From an uncultured Gammaproteobacteria bacterium (GTDB lineage Bacteria; Patescibacteriota; Microgenomatia; PFEM01; JAPLYW01), in NCBI GenBank assembly GCA_965230945.1, contig OZ246397.1, positions 88,029-152,028 of the forward strand: DNA of 64,000 nt. The letters run 5' to 3'. This document shows, in pieces, positions 8,970 through 18,471 of the stretch. Position 1 is the stretch's first letter. Each line of letters opens with the position of its first letter. The notes under the pieces were generated by a model. The model had not been told where the DNA came from and ran no database searches. It saw nothing but the letters and a program-made list of their open reading frames with translations. The position numbers were made by a program, and so were the translations under genes.

Positions 8970-11820
8970 TCTTTAACTTATCACCTGAAAGCAAGTTTAT
9001 AGCTAAAGTCTCTTTTTTAATATATTCTTGAAGCTTTTTATCTTTTGGCCAGTCTGGGGCAGTTACTTTAATCTTTTGATCTATTCGACAACCAGTTTCT
9101 TTTCTTAATTGCTGTATTTGTCTTATCAGCTCCCGTGTTTCTCCCTCAACTTTCAACTCAGGAGTAATCTTACTATCAAGGATTACTTTTAATTCTCCCC
9201 TTCCTTCTAAAAACCTAACTTCTTTGATATTTAGCTCCTCTTTAATTAATCGGACTAAGTCAGGAGAAAGCTTTTCAACTTTCCCTTTAACAATCAAACT
9301 ATTTAGGGGTTGGCGTACTTTAATTTTTTCTTTCCTTCTTAAAGCATGTCCCACCTCACAAAGCTTACGCACTAATTCCATTTGTCTTTCTAGCTTCTCA
9401 TTAATAAGTTTCTCATCAATCTTTGGCCAATCAACCAAATGGACTGATTGTCCATTAGTTAAATTGTTATAAATCTCCTCTGACAAAAAAGGCAAAAATG
9501 GAGAAATAATTTTAGAAAAATCTATTAAGACTTGATAAAAAGTATCATAACAAGCCTCTTTATCTTTCTCATCTTGGGCTTTAAAACCAACCCTGCTTCT
9601 CGAACGACGCAGATACCACAAAGAAAGATTATCAAGGAAAGCTTCAATCTTATTTGCAGCCGTAAAAGCCTCAAAATTATCCAATGACCCCACTACCTCT
9701 TTGTTTAATCTATTAATTTTGGACAAAATCCATAAATCTAAAACATTTTTACTTAATTTTTGATCTTTTTTAGGCTGCCATTTATCCAAATTAGCGTAAT
9801 TAACAAAGAAATTGTAAACATTCCATAAAAGCAAATGAAATTGACGACGAACCTCATCAGCGGCACTAAAGCCAAAATTTAAGTTAGTTTCTGGATTCTG
9901 TCTGCAGTACATCCAACGCATAACATCAACACCAATCTTATCTGCTGCTTCATTAAAAGCAACGGCATTACCTTTACTTTTATGCATTTCTTCTCCCTTT
10001 TCGTCTCTTACCGAAGCATGACCTAGTAAATTCTTAAAAGGAGCTTTATCTTCTAAAACGGTAGACATAGCTAAAAGAGAATAAAACCAATTTCTGAACT
10101 GCCCTGGATAGCACTCGGTTATAAAGTCAGCCGGGAACCACTCCTGCCAAAACTTCTTATCAGTCTGATAATTCAAAGTGGAAAAAGGAACTATGCCGGC
10201 ATCTAACCAAGGATTACCTACATCTTTAATCCTTGAAATTAACTCACCGCACTGAGAACATTTAATCTTAACTTTATCAATCCAAGGCCTATGAGGTGAA
10301 TGACCCTCAAATTCTTTCCAGCCCTTTGCTGCCTTTTCCTTCAGTTCTTCCTTGCCACCAATAACTTCAAAACTACCACACTTCTGACACTCCCAAACAG
10401 GCAAAGCTAATCCCCAATAACGTTTTTTAGAAACTAGCCAATCGCCCATATTGTTTAACCAATCTAGTTCCATTTTTAATCCCCACTTAGGAATCCAATT
10501 AATACGTTTAGCTATCTTTTTAATTCTTTCTCTGAAAGGATCCATGGCAATATACCATTCATCAACCACCCGCCAAACCAATTCTTCTTTACAGCGCCAA
10601 CAAGTTGGATAGCGATGAGTATAAGAAGAAAACTTGAATAAAAACTTTTTGTTGTTTTTAAGATAACTTAAAATTAAATTAGGATCATCTTTGGCATTTT
10701 TACCAGTTAAATAATCATAACCATTAATATAATTAGCTTCTTCATTAATGGCTGGAAGCACTAACTGCGGCCACTTATATTCTCTTACCACCAACTGGAA
10801 GTCTTCAGTGCCGCAACCAGGAGCAATGTGAACCAAACCGCTTCCCTCTTTTTCATTAACAAGGTCTTTAGATAAAACTATTGTATGAAAATGGGGCTTT
10901 TTAGTTAACTTCTTAACAATAACTAAATCATCAAAAGGGCCAAGATAGGCAAAGCCTTCCAATTCCTTACCTAAGGCTTTTTTTTCTATCTTAAAACCAT
11001 TTTTAAAAATTGGTTTAACCAAAGAAGAAGCCAGCCAATACTTATTACCCTTAAAAGAAACCAAGGCATATTTTAGCTTGGGATTAGCAGCTACCAATAC
11101 GTTAGCTGGAATTGTCCAAGGAGTAGTCGTCCAAACCAACAAATATTCTTTCTTCTTACCCTTTAAAGGTAATCTTAAATAAACAGAATCATGAGTTAAT
11201 TCCCTATACTCCTCAGTTAAAATCTCATGCTGAGAAATGGCTGTTCCACAGCGGGGACACCAAGGGACAGCATCCCTTCCTTTGTAAAATCCTTTCTTAC
11301 TTTCATAATCTGTCTGCCAGCACTTTTTCAAAAAGCTCCAAATCATGTAGTTATTCTCATCGCTTAAGGTATAATAGCTATCTTCCCAATCCATAAAGTA
11401 ACCCAACCTCTTTGATTGCTCTGTCTGAATTTTGGCAAAATGAAGAGTTCTTTCCTTGCATTTGTTGACAAACTTCTCAATACCATAGTTTTCAATATCC
11501 TTCTTGTTTTTAAAACCTAGTTCTTTTTCTACTTCTACCTCGACCCACAAACCTTGATTATCAAAACCGTTTTGAAAACGCTGTTTGAAGCCTCTCATAT
11601 TAAAAAACCGCTGCCATAAATCTTTGTAGGTTCTTCCCCAGGCATGATGCACCCCCATAGGATTGTTAGCCGTAATCGGTCCATCAAGGAAAGAAAAACG
11701 CTTTTTAGCTTTTTCATTCTTTTGAAGATATTTTTTGACTATTCCAGATTTATACCAGCGATCTAGAATCTTCTTCTCAAGCTCTACAAAATCAACTTTA
11801 GGAGAAACTGACCTAAACAT
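8959..11820 (-). CDS. ileS: Isoleucyl-tRNA synthetase, type 2 (eukaryote/archaeal-like form)
   Basis: DGPITANNPMGVHHAWGRTYKDLWQRF...RFQNGFDNQGLWVEVEVEKELG aligns with the type-2 IleRS N-terminus (PPTANGLPHVGH...RRAGWDTHGLPVE). WCPRCGTAIS zinc knuckle. HKSKGN at the KMSKS position. Length 953 aa. Confidence 0.8.
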   Translation of the reverse strand: MFRSVSPKVDFVELEKKILDRWYKSGIVKKYLQKNEKAKKRFSFLDGPITANNPMGVHHAWGRTYKDLWQRFFNMRGFKQRFQNGFDNQGLWVEVEVEKELGFKNKKDIENYGIEKFVNKCKERTLHFAKIQTEQSKRLGYFMDWEDSYYTLSDENNYMIWSFLKKCWQTDYESKKGFYKGRDAVPWCPRCGTAISQHEILTEEYRELTHDSVYLRLPLKGKKKEYLLVWTTTPWTIPANVLVAANPKLKYALVSFKGNKYWLASSLVKPIFKNGFKIEKKALGKELEGFAYLGPFDDLVIVKKLTKKPHFHTIVLSKDLVNEKEGSGLVHIAPGCGTEDFQLVVREYKWPQLVLPAINEEANYINGYDYLTGKNAKDDPNLILSYLKNNKKFLFKFSSYTHRYPTCWRCKEELVWRVVDEWYIAMDPFRERIKKIAKRINWIPKWGLKMELDWLNNMGDWLVSKKRYWGLALPVWECQKCGSFEVIGGKEELKEKAAKGWKEFEGHSPHRPWIDKVKIKCSQCGELISRIKDVGNPWLDAGIVPFSTLNYQTDKKFWQEWFPADFITECYPGQFRNWFYSLLAMSTVLEDKAPFKNLLGHASVRDEKGEEMHKSKGNAVAFNEAADKIGVDVMRWMYCRQNPETNLNFGFSAADEVRRQFHLLLWNVYNFFVNYANLDKWQPKKDQKLSKNVLDLWILSKINRLNKEVVGSLDNFEAFTAANKIEAFLDNLSLWYLRRSRSRVGFKAQDEKDKEACYDTFYQVLIDFSKIISPFLPFLSEEIYNNLTNGQSVHLVDWPKIDEKLINEKLERQMELVRKLCEVGHALRRKEKIKVRQPLNSLIVKGKVEKLSPDLVRLIKEELNIKEVRFLEGRGELKVILDSKITPELKVEGETRELIRQIQQLRKETGCRIDQKIKVTAPDWPKDKKLQEYIKKETLAINLLSGDKLKIVD

Positions 11821-11832
11821 AAGCCCTATTTT

Positions 11833-11867
11833 ACAAAAAATCGCCCTTCTTTAAAAGGACGAAAGGC
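11833..11867 (-). terminator. Putative Rho-independent terminator after the two hypothetical genes, before ileS
   Basis: Minus-strand hairpin GCCTTTC-loop-GAAGGGC (one mismatch) followed by a T-run (GATTTTTTGT). Confidence 0.35.
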
Positions 11868-11884
11868 AAAATCTTTCTATCTTT

Positions 11885-12310
11885 CTATCTTATCATTCTT
11901 TTAGATTCTAAAATATTTTTAAATATGTCAAAAATTAAACGGCATTCTCTAACTTTTTTAATATCCAAGGGGCTGATCTTATCTATCTCTGCCAAATGTC
12001 TATAAACTACTCTTCCTTCACCTTTATCATTTAAAATAAAGCTCTCTTTTTCAAATATATGATTTTCATTATCTTCTCTATAACCTTTTCCTGAAGAAAG
12101 CCTTACTTGATTTTCCCTAATCCCATTACCAATAGAAAACTTGAAAAATGTAGTCACTCCATTTTGTATAGATATTTCCTTATATGTTTCTATATCCTTA
12201 GAATGATTATTCTCTAGTAAACCAGAAATCTCTTGGTATAATTGTTCCCCCAACTCTTTCCTTTTTTGTTCTAGTTTAGGGGAAATTTTCCCTTGTTCTA
12301 CCTTATTCAT
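11885..12310 (-). CDS. Hypothetical protein (141 aa), downstream partner of an overlapping gene pair between ftsZ and ileS
   Basis: Overlaps the upstream gene by 8 nt; no recognisable motif. Confidence 0.5.
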   Translation of the reverse strand: MNKVEQGKISPKLEQKRKELGEQLYQEISGLLENNHSKDIETYKEISIQNGVTTFFKFSIGNGIRENQVRLSSGKGYREDNENHIFEKESFILNDKGEGRVVYRHLAEIDKISPLDIKKVRECRLIFDIFKNILESKRMIR

Positions 12311-12869
12311 TTTTTTGCCTTTCTAATTCAAGTTTAATAAATTCTTCATTTAAAATTTTAAGTAACTTATTAAAAATTAGCATTTCTTTTTTATCTATAG
12401 GTCTACTATATTTGGATTTTTGAAGAGAGCATTCACCCCAACTCTTTAAAGTTAATTCCGAAAATCTAAAAGGGCCACCAGCATCACAAATAGCAATATG
12501 GATATCTTCATCTTCTGGTAAAGCTGTCCACCATGCGTCATGATCATCATAACCCTTTGTTGATAAACAAAATTCGAGTTCTCTCATTGCAAATCCTGAA
12601 GGTTCTATTTCCACAGAAGAAGTTTGAAATTTCCAAGTTGCTTCGGTTTCTTGTCCGCTAGCATCAGTAGTACAAGAAATTTTTTCCCACTCACCATACT
12701 CCTCCAGAAGCTTATAAGCATTTGCGTAAAGCACACGCCCTAAGTTAAGGTTCCTACATTCAGGTTTTGTTTCTTCTAAAGTCCCTCGCAAAAATTTATA
12801 TTCATCTAAAGTTAATCCCTTTGTCGTTTCCAAATCATCAATATATGATAATTCTTCCGCCTTAGACAC
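12303..12869 (-). CDS. Hypothetical acidic protein (188 aa), first gene after ftsZ
   Basis: GTG start at 12869..12867 preceded by a strong Shine-Dalgarno sequence (AAAGGAGAG-N5). No recognisable motif. Confidence 0.5.
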   Translation of the reverse strand: MSKAEELSYIDDLETTKGLTLDEYKFLRGTLEETKPECRNLNLGRVLYANAYKLLEEYGEWEKISCTTDASGQETEATWKFQTSSVEIEPSGFAMRELEFCLSTKGYDDHDAWWTALPEDEDIHIAICDAGGPFRFSELTLKSWGECSLQKSKYSRPIDKKEMLIFNKLLKILNEEFIKLELERQKNE

Positions 12870-13002
12870 TTAACTCTCCTTTGGGAATAATTAAGATAAA
12901 GTTTCTATGGCTTGCCTTTTTAGCTTTTCCGTACTCATCCATACTTGACCTTTCTATCTTCGGGATACTATTATCTATGGTTTTTTCTTTTTTTAATCAT
13001 AA

Positions 13003-14169
13003 CTATTTTTCTTTTCTTAAAAAGGTTGGTATATCAAATTCTTCTCCAAATTCATCTTCTTCAATTTCTTGCTCTTCTGGTTCTTTTTCTTCTTTTTGTT
13101 CTGGCTGTTCTTTTTTCTCTTTCTTTTCGTCTTCTTCTTTGGGTAATTCACTAACAATACCCTCTGGTTCAGGCGGTTTTCCTTTACCCATCATTCTGGC
13201 TAACTTAATTCTTGACTCATCAAAACCAGTAGCAATAACAATAATTTTTACCTGATCAGTCATGTTTTCATCAATAGTGGCTCCAAAAATAATATTAGCA
13301 TCAGCATCGGCTGACTGAGAGATAAGTTTGGCTGCTTCTTCCACTTCATTCATGGTCAAATCAGGACCACCAGTAATATTAAAAAGGATCCCCTTGGCTC
13401 CTTCAACAGAGATATCAAGCAGAGGCGAAGAAATAGCCGCCTTGGCAGCCACCTGAGCTCTGTTTTCACCAACACCAGTACCAATTCCCAACAAAGAAGA
13501 ACCGGCGTTTTTCATAATCGCCTTAACATCGGCAAAGTCAACATTAATCAAGCCTGGGATGGTAATAATCTCTGAAATACCCTGAACTCCTTGAGATAAA
13601 ACCCCATCAACCACTTTAAAAGCCTCAACTAAAGTCATCTTCCGATCAACCACATCCATGATTCTCTGATTAGGGACAACAATTAAAGTATCAACTTTAT
13701 CTTTTAATTTTTCCAATCCCTCTTCGGCAATAACCATTCTTTTGGTTCCTTCAAATGCAAAGGGCTTGGTTGTCACGGCAATAGTTAAGGCTCCCATCTC
13801 CCGAGCAACTTCGGCTAGAATAGGAGCTCCCCCGCTAGCAGTTCCCCCACCTTGACCACCGGCAATAAAAATCATATCGGTATCAACTAAATATTCCTTA
13901 AGCAACTCTCTTGATTCTGTAGCAGCCTCTCTACCAATTTCTGGATTACCGCCAGAACCCAAACCACGAGTAAGGTCTTTACCAATTTGAATTTTTGTGG
14001 AAGCTTTATTAGCTAAAAGGGCTTGAGTATCAGTGTTAACGGCAATAAATTCGACCCCTTTAATCTGATCACCCTCAATCATTGTGTTGATGGCATTACC
14101 ACCACCACCACCAAGACCTAAGACTTTTATTTTCGCGAAGCTTGCAGAATCGGGCTTAATTAATGCCAT
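13003..14169 (-). CDS. ftsZ: Cell division GTPase FtsZ
   Basis: GLGGGGGNAINTM, NTDTQAL, GGQGGGTASGGAPILAE tubulin signature, and an E/K-rich C-terminal tail. Confidence 0.95.
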   Translation of the reverse strand: MALIKPDSASFAKIKVLGLGGGGGNAINTMIEGDQIKGVEFIAVNTDTQALLANKASTKIQIGKDLTRGLGSGGNPEIGREAATESRELLKEYLVDTDMIFIAGGQGGGTASGGAPILAEVAREMGALTIAVTTKPFAFEGTKRMVIAEEGLEKLKDKVDTLIVVPNQRIMDVVDRKMTLVEAFKVVDGVLSQGVQGISEIITIPGLINVDFADVKAIMKNAGSSLLGIGTGVGENRAQVAAKAAISSPLLDISVEGAKGILFNITGGPDLTMNEVEEAAKLISQSADADANIIFGATIDENMTDQVKIIVIATGFDESRIKLARMMGKGKPPEPEGIVSELPKEEDEKKEKKEQPEQKEEKEPEEQEIEEDEFGEEFDIPTFLRKEK

Positions 14170-14216
14170 TCAAAAAAAAATTCTTTCCGGGCAGGAGAAA
14201 CTAGTAAGTAAGTATA

Positions 14217-15536
14217 CTATGGCAGAAAAGACTTTATCAAGTCTACAAATTTACCGGCTATTCCCTTGCCTCCTATCTTAGATAAACCTTTACCTAATCT
14301 ACCTAAGGGAAAAACAGGGGCTCTTTCCGACTCTTCTTTAGTTCTATAAAGTATTAGCCCTGCAGCCACGGCATAGTCTGGTGATTGGATATCATCTACC
14401 AAACCACTTAAACCTTCAGGTTTACCAATTCTAACTGGCATGGCCAAAGTTCTTTTTGCTGCCTCTATCACTCCTACTGTTTTAGCTCCACCACCACAAA
14501 CAACTATTCCTGATGGAGTAAGGCCGATGGTCTCGCTCTTTTTAATTTCCATACCAACCATAGTAAAAATTTCATTTAATCTTGGCTTAATAATGCCTTC
14601 GGTTAAAGTCTTCTTAGAAATGGTTTTTTCTTCTTCAGTGATACCTAAATCAGAAAGTTTAATCTTGTCTTCTTTTTCTTTATCTTCTTCTTTGCTTTCT
14701 GCTTTCCCTTTGTTGTCTTCGGCCTCAACTTTCTTTAACTTCTTTTTAGATAGGGCCAACTTTATCTTCTCGGCTGATTCTAAAGAAAGTCTTAAACCAA
14801 TAGCTAAATCATTGGTAACATTCTTAGCTCCTACAGGTAAAACGGCCGTGTAAAAAGGAGACCCCTCAACATAAATGGCAATATCGGTAACTCCCCCGCC
14901 GATATCAACTAAAACAACCCCTAATTCCTTTTCTGTTTCTGACAAAACACTTTCTGAAGCGGCTAAACTGGAAACAACTAAATTTTGAGTGTCAATGCCA
15001 ATTTCAGAAACAGATTTGGTTAGGTTTTTAATGGCCGTACTAGAACCGGTAACAATATGCGTTTCTACTTCTAAACGAACACCGCTCATTCCAATAGGGT
15101 CTTTAACTCCATCCTGGCCATCGACAGTAAAATAACGAGGAATAACATGAATGACATCTCTTGAAGAAGGCAAGGACAAAGCTTGAGCCGCCTCTATAAC
15201 CCTTTTAATATCATCCTTAGTAATCTCATTCTCCGGCTCAGCTACGGCCACCACTCCTTTGGAATTAGAAGAAGTGATATTGGCTCCGCTGATAGATACC
15301 AAAGCTCTATTAATATTATAACCGGCCATTCTTTCAGCCGCTTCGACACAATTAAGCAAACTTTCCGTAGTTTCTTCTATATTGACAATTTGACCCTTAC
15401 GAATTCCCTTAGAAGGAAAATTAGCCACCCCTAGAATACGAACACCTTCTTCGTCTTCTAAGTTTATGGAAGCAATAACGGTAACAATTTTTGAAGAACC
15501 AATATCGATACCAGCAATAATTTGTGGTCTAGGCAT
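14217..15536 (-). CDS. ftsA: Cell division protein FtsA (actin-like ATPase)
   Basis: IAGIDIGSSKIVTVIA...DIGGGVTDIAIY actin-fold motifs; position upstream of ftsZ. Confidence 0.9.
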   Translation of the reverse strand: MPRPQIIAGIDIGSSKIVTVIASINLEDEEGVRILGVANFPSKGIRKGQIVNIEETTESLLNCVEAAERMAGYNINRALVSISGANITSSNSKGVVAVAEPENEITKDDIKRVIEAAQALSLPSSRDVIHVIPRYFTVDGQDGVKDPIGMSGVRLEVETHIVTGSSTAIKNLTKSVSEIGIDTQNLVVSSLAASESVLSETEKELGVVLVDIGGGVTDIAIYVEGSPFYTAVLPVGAKNVTNDLAIGLRLSLESAEKIKLALSKKKLKKVEAEDNKGKAESKEEDKEKEDKIKLSDLGITEEEKTISKKTLTEGIIKPRLNEIFTMVGMEIKKSETIGLTPSGIVVCGGGAKTVGVIEAAKRTLAMPVRIGKPEGLSGLVDDIQSPDYAVAAGLILYRTKEESERAPVFPLGRLGKGLSKIGGKGIAGKFVDLIKSFLP

Positions 15537-15542
15537 AAAAAA

Positions 15543-16337
15543 TCAATAAGCAATAACAGGTTTATTAAACCTGAGGTCTATTTTTTTTATTTGCTTTCCC
15601 TCTATTTTAGCCCTAGAAGAAATTAATTGTAAAGAGTCAAGTTGCTCATCTATTCCCTTTTCTAATTCTAAATTAAACAAAACAAGCAAATTATTATCCA
15701 GCCAAACTTCAATTTTTTTAAAAGAAGTAACTCTCGCTATTCGCGGCTCAATGAGACGCAGCTTCAAGCCTAATAGGATCTCTATCGTCTTAATTATCTT
15801 ATCTTCTTTTATTTGATCACCAAAATTAAGGCCAGGGTCATAATTAATCAAAATCAAGGGTAAGCCTTTAGCTTCATTAGCCTTTTCTAAAACAACACCC
15901 TGCTCATCAACTAAATAAAAAACGCCCGAGAGGTTAGTTTCTGACTCTTTTTCTTTAGCAGACTCCGTACTTTCTGAATCTGTATCTAGGAATAACTCTA
16001 CAGCTAAAGCCGCCACCACTTTCCTGGAACTTAGATTAAAAACCAATGCTTGGGGAAGCTTTCTTTTAATCTCTACAAAATAAATTTGAGGGTATTCTCT
16101 TTTAAGTGCTCCTTTTATCTTTGACTTAGGAAGGAAAAGAATATTTTTCCTTAAAGATAAGCTGTTTGCTTTATTTAAGATCTCAATGGGACAACCATCA
16201 CCATCAAATTGACACTCAACCTTCTTAATGAGCCAAAAGTCACTTTTTAACCACCAAAAAAGAACCAAGAGCAAAAGCAGAAAGCCTAAAAGTTTAAACC
16301 ATTTTTTCCAGTTCGTCGGCAATTTTTTCAGTCGCAT
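15543..16337 (-). CDS. ftsQ: Cell division protein FtsQ/DivIB (bitopic, POTRA)
   Basis: Single N-terminal TM followed by an extracytoplasmic domain; sits between murG and ftsA. Confidence 0.7.
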   Translation of the reverse strand: MRLKKLPTNWKKWFKLLGFLLLLLVLFWWLKSDFWLIKKVECQFDGDGCPIEILNKANSLSLRKNILFLPKSKIKGALKREYPQIYFVEIKRKLPQALVFNLSSRKVVAALAVELFLDTDSESTESAKEKESETNLSGVFYLVDEQGVVLEKANEAKGLPLILINYDPGLNFGDQIKEDKIIKTIEILLGLKLRLIEPRIARVTSFKKIEVWLDNNLLVLFNLELEKGIDEQLDSLQLISSRAKIEGKQIKKIDLRFNKPVIAY

Positions 16338-17411
16338 TGAGAATTAAAATTTCTTTTTTCTTTTTATTACTTAAAGAATAAGTATTAAGATTTAAAATCA
16401 TCTTTTCAATCATTTTATAAAGATTATCAGGATTTAAGTCATCTTGAGGAAGGATTTCAGCTAAACCGATTTCTTTAAACATTTTGGCATTTTTAACTTG
16501 TTCATTATTAAAAAGCCAAGGGATAGGAATAATAAGAAGTTTTTTCTCTAAAGCTAGCATTTCCGTTAAGGTGTTAATGCCCGCTCGACAGACAACTAGA
16601 TCTGCCTTGTTTAGGATTGTTCCCCATTCATCTCCACTAATATATTCTTTAATCTGATAACGACTCTTTAACTTATCAGGCAGTTTTTCCTTTTCTCCTT
16701 TTAATTTATTATAGTCATTAAAATTACTAAGGCCACCTGTTTGATGAAAGAGATTATATTTCCCTAAAATCTTTTTTAAAGATCCTTTTACCGCCATGTT
16801 GACAAAATGAGAGCCTTGGTTGCCGCCGGTAACCAAAATTAATGGTAAATCTTTCTCAAGGCCTAATGACTGCCATATTTTTTCATCAACCTTAAAAATA
16901 TCTTGACGTAACGGATTACCTGTTAAAACTACTTTTTCTTTAGGAAAATCAGATAAAGATTTTTTCCAAGAAACAGCAATCTTTTTAGCAAAACATGAGT
17001 TAATTTTATCAGCTTTACCCATAACCACGGTCTGCTGATGCATCATTATAGGAACCCGCAATAAATAAGCCATCATTACCACCGGTACACTTACATAACT
17101 ACCAAAGGAAAGAACAACCTTAGGCCTGATTTTAAGTAGATAATAAAAAGATTGTAAAAATCCTAGAGGAATTCTTAAAAAAGCCTGAATTGTATAACGA
17201 GTAAATTTTTGCTGTAATCTACCAGCGAACAAAGGCAGAAAAGTAGCCCCTGCCTTAGAAATCATTTGTGATTCCAAAGAGGGTGTTTTATCACCCTCCG
17301 TCGTATATTTGCGGCCTAAATAAAAAATTTGCCAATTACCTCTCTTCTCTAATTCCTTAATAACCAGCAAAGAAGGAGTTAAATGACCGCCGGTGATGAC
17401 AATTCTGTTCA
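16294..17411 (-). CDS. murG: Undecaprenyldiphospho-muramoylpentapeptide beta-N-acetylglucosaminyltransferase MurG
   Basis: MNRIVITGGHLTPSLLVIKELEKRG...LVTGGNQGSH. The start was chosen at the internal ATG 17411..17409; the track's longer start adds 32 non-conserved residues. Confidence 0.85.
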
Positions 17412-17430
17412 TTTTGTTTATTATAGCATT

Positions 17431-17745
17431 ATGAAGCCAAATTACATGGGAGTAATTTTTACCAAACATGCCATCAACAAGCTTTACAATAGAAATATAA
17501 CTCAAAACAAAGCTTGGGAAGCCTTTACCAACTTTGACGGAAAAAAACCTGGCAAAATACCAGGTTCAACAAAATTTTATAAAAACTACGGTAAACAAAG
17601 AATAGAAGTCGTCGCTAAAAAGAACAAAGAAGGACAATGGGTAGTCTTATCCTGCTGGGCAAGATATAAAGAAAAACCACAAGTAAAAGAACCACTTCTA
17701 GAAAGACTAATCAGAAAACTAGTGGAGAAAATATTTAGAAAATAG
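17431..17745 (+). CDS. Hypothetical small basic protein (about 105 aa) with a faint BrnT/DUF497-like toxin pattern (tentative)
   Basis: MKPNYMGVIFTKHAI...GKQRIEVVAKKNKEGQWVVLSCWARY. Start chosen at 17431 so that it does not overlap murG. Convergent with the minus-strand small operon. Confidence 0.4.
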   Translation: MKPNYMGVIFTKHAINKLYNRNITQNKAWEAFTNFDGKKPGKIPGSTKFYKNYGKQRIEVVAKKNKEGQWVVLSCWARYKEKPQVKEPLLERLIRKLVEKIFRK

Positions 17746-17752
17746 ACATTAT

Positions 17753-17807
17753 AAAAGGCATTTGTCTTTAAGTTATTGTGAACTTATCACAACAGACAAA
17801 TGCCTTT
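17753..17807. terminator. Bidirectional Rho-independent terminator between convergent genes
   Basis: Perfect 14-bp stem AAAGGCATTTGTCT/AGACAAATGCCTTT. The loop carries an inner palindrome TTGTGA..TCACAA. A-run upstream and T-run downstream. Confidence 0.7.
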
Positions 17808-17850
17808 ATCTATTCAATTCAGTTTTTGATCTTGGTTATAATCATTCCCT

Positions 17851-18150
17851 TTAGGGTGGATGAACAATAACCCCAACAGGCGAAGAATCATCCTTTATCT
17901 CTTCTAAAAGCCTGGAGGTAACTACTAAAAATCTGTCTGCATTTTCAAACTCTTTAAAGATAATGATATCCTCCCTTTGAATTTCGCTTCTTTTTTTACA
18001 GGGGACTTCTCCAAAATAGCCTTTAGAGGTTAAATTTGGGTTCTCCTTCAACCAATCATCAGGAGCAATAGCAAAAGCGTTATCTTTTACGTATTGCTCT
18101 GTTAACCAAGGAAACTTTTCTTTTAGCTTTTTGGGAACAGTAAATCTCAT
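17851..18150 (-). CDS. Hypothetical protein (99 aa), second gene of a zinc-ribbon two-gene operon
   Basis: Start taken at ATG 18150..18148 (MRFTVPKK...), 1 nt after the zinc-ribbon gene stop. The track's longer N-terminus overlaps that gene. Confidence 0.5.
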   Translation of the reverse strand: MRFTVPKKLKEKFPWLTEQYVKDNAFAIAPDDWLKENPNLTSKGYFGEVPCKKRSEIQREDIIIFKEFENADRFLVVTSRLLEEIKDDSSPVGVIVHPP

Positions 18151-18151
18151 C

Positions 18152-18301
18152 TTAATCACCTTCCTCATCATCCAACCGGCAATAAGGGCACTCTTCAACA
18201 GACCCATCTTGTTTATTTACAATTTGCCTAGTCCTACCACAATGCCTGCAATTAGGTTCATTACCATAATCTTCATAATCTTCTTCTCTAAGTAATGTCA
18301 T
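18152..18301 (-). CDS. Small zinc-ribbon protein (49 aa, CxxC...CxxC)
   Basis: MTLLREEDYEDYGNEPNCRHCGRTRQIVNKQDGSVEECPYCRLDDEEGD. GGAAGGA Shine-Dalgarno 5 nt upstream of the ATG. Not in the ORF track because it is under 60 aa. Confidence 0.55.
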   Translation of the reverse strand: MTLLREEDYEDYGNEPNCRHCGRTRQIVNKQDGSVEECPYCRLDDEEGD

Positions 18302-18471
18302 CCTTCCCTCCCTAAATAAAATTATTAATATTTTAACGTGCCAAAGCGTGCCAAAAACTGAATTTATATAAAAAGTAAACTCTTAAGATTAATTAAGCTA
18401 CTTTAAGAAACTTAGAATTTACCAGTAGGGGCAATATAATACAAAAAGAAGAAAAAGTCAATATTATAGGA

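Noticed and set aside
9224-9472. Track ORFs antisense to genes: 9224..9472, 19322..19657, 21303..21494, 44050..44235, 45865..46089, 46979..47176, 49926..50258, 50942..51295, 53630..53860, 58600..58836, 60395..60670 and 62949..63134
   Set aside because: Each lies inside, and antisense or out of frame to, a longer ORF with clear family motifs. The 60-111-aa lengths are expected by chance.
12881-13255. Plus-strand ORFs (124 aa and 69 aa) antisense to the ftsZ 3' end
   Set aside because: Low-complexity Ser/Phe/Leu mirror of the Glu/Lys-rich FtsZ tail; no independent support.
14440-14853. 137-aa plus-strand ORF inside ftsA
   Set aside because: Antisense to a well-conserved gene; composition artefact.
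17383-17430. Extended N-termini proposed by the ORF track for the 17383 gene, for murG (to 17505), and for ftsW (to 20463)
   Set aside because: The extensions overlap neighbouring conserved genes by 30-130 nt. Internal ATGs give conserved N-termini (MNRIVITGG for murG; MFKRSRSK for ftsW).
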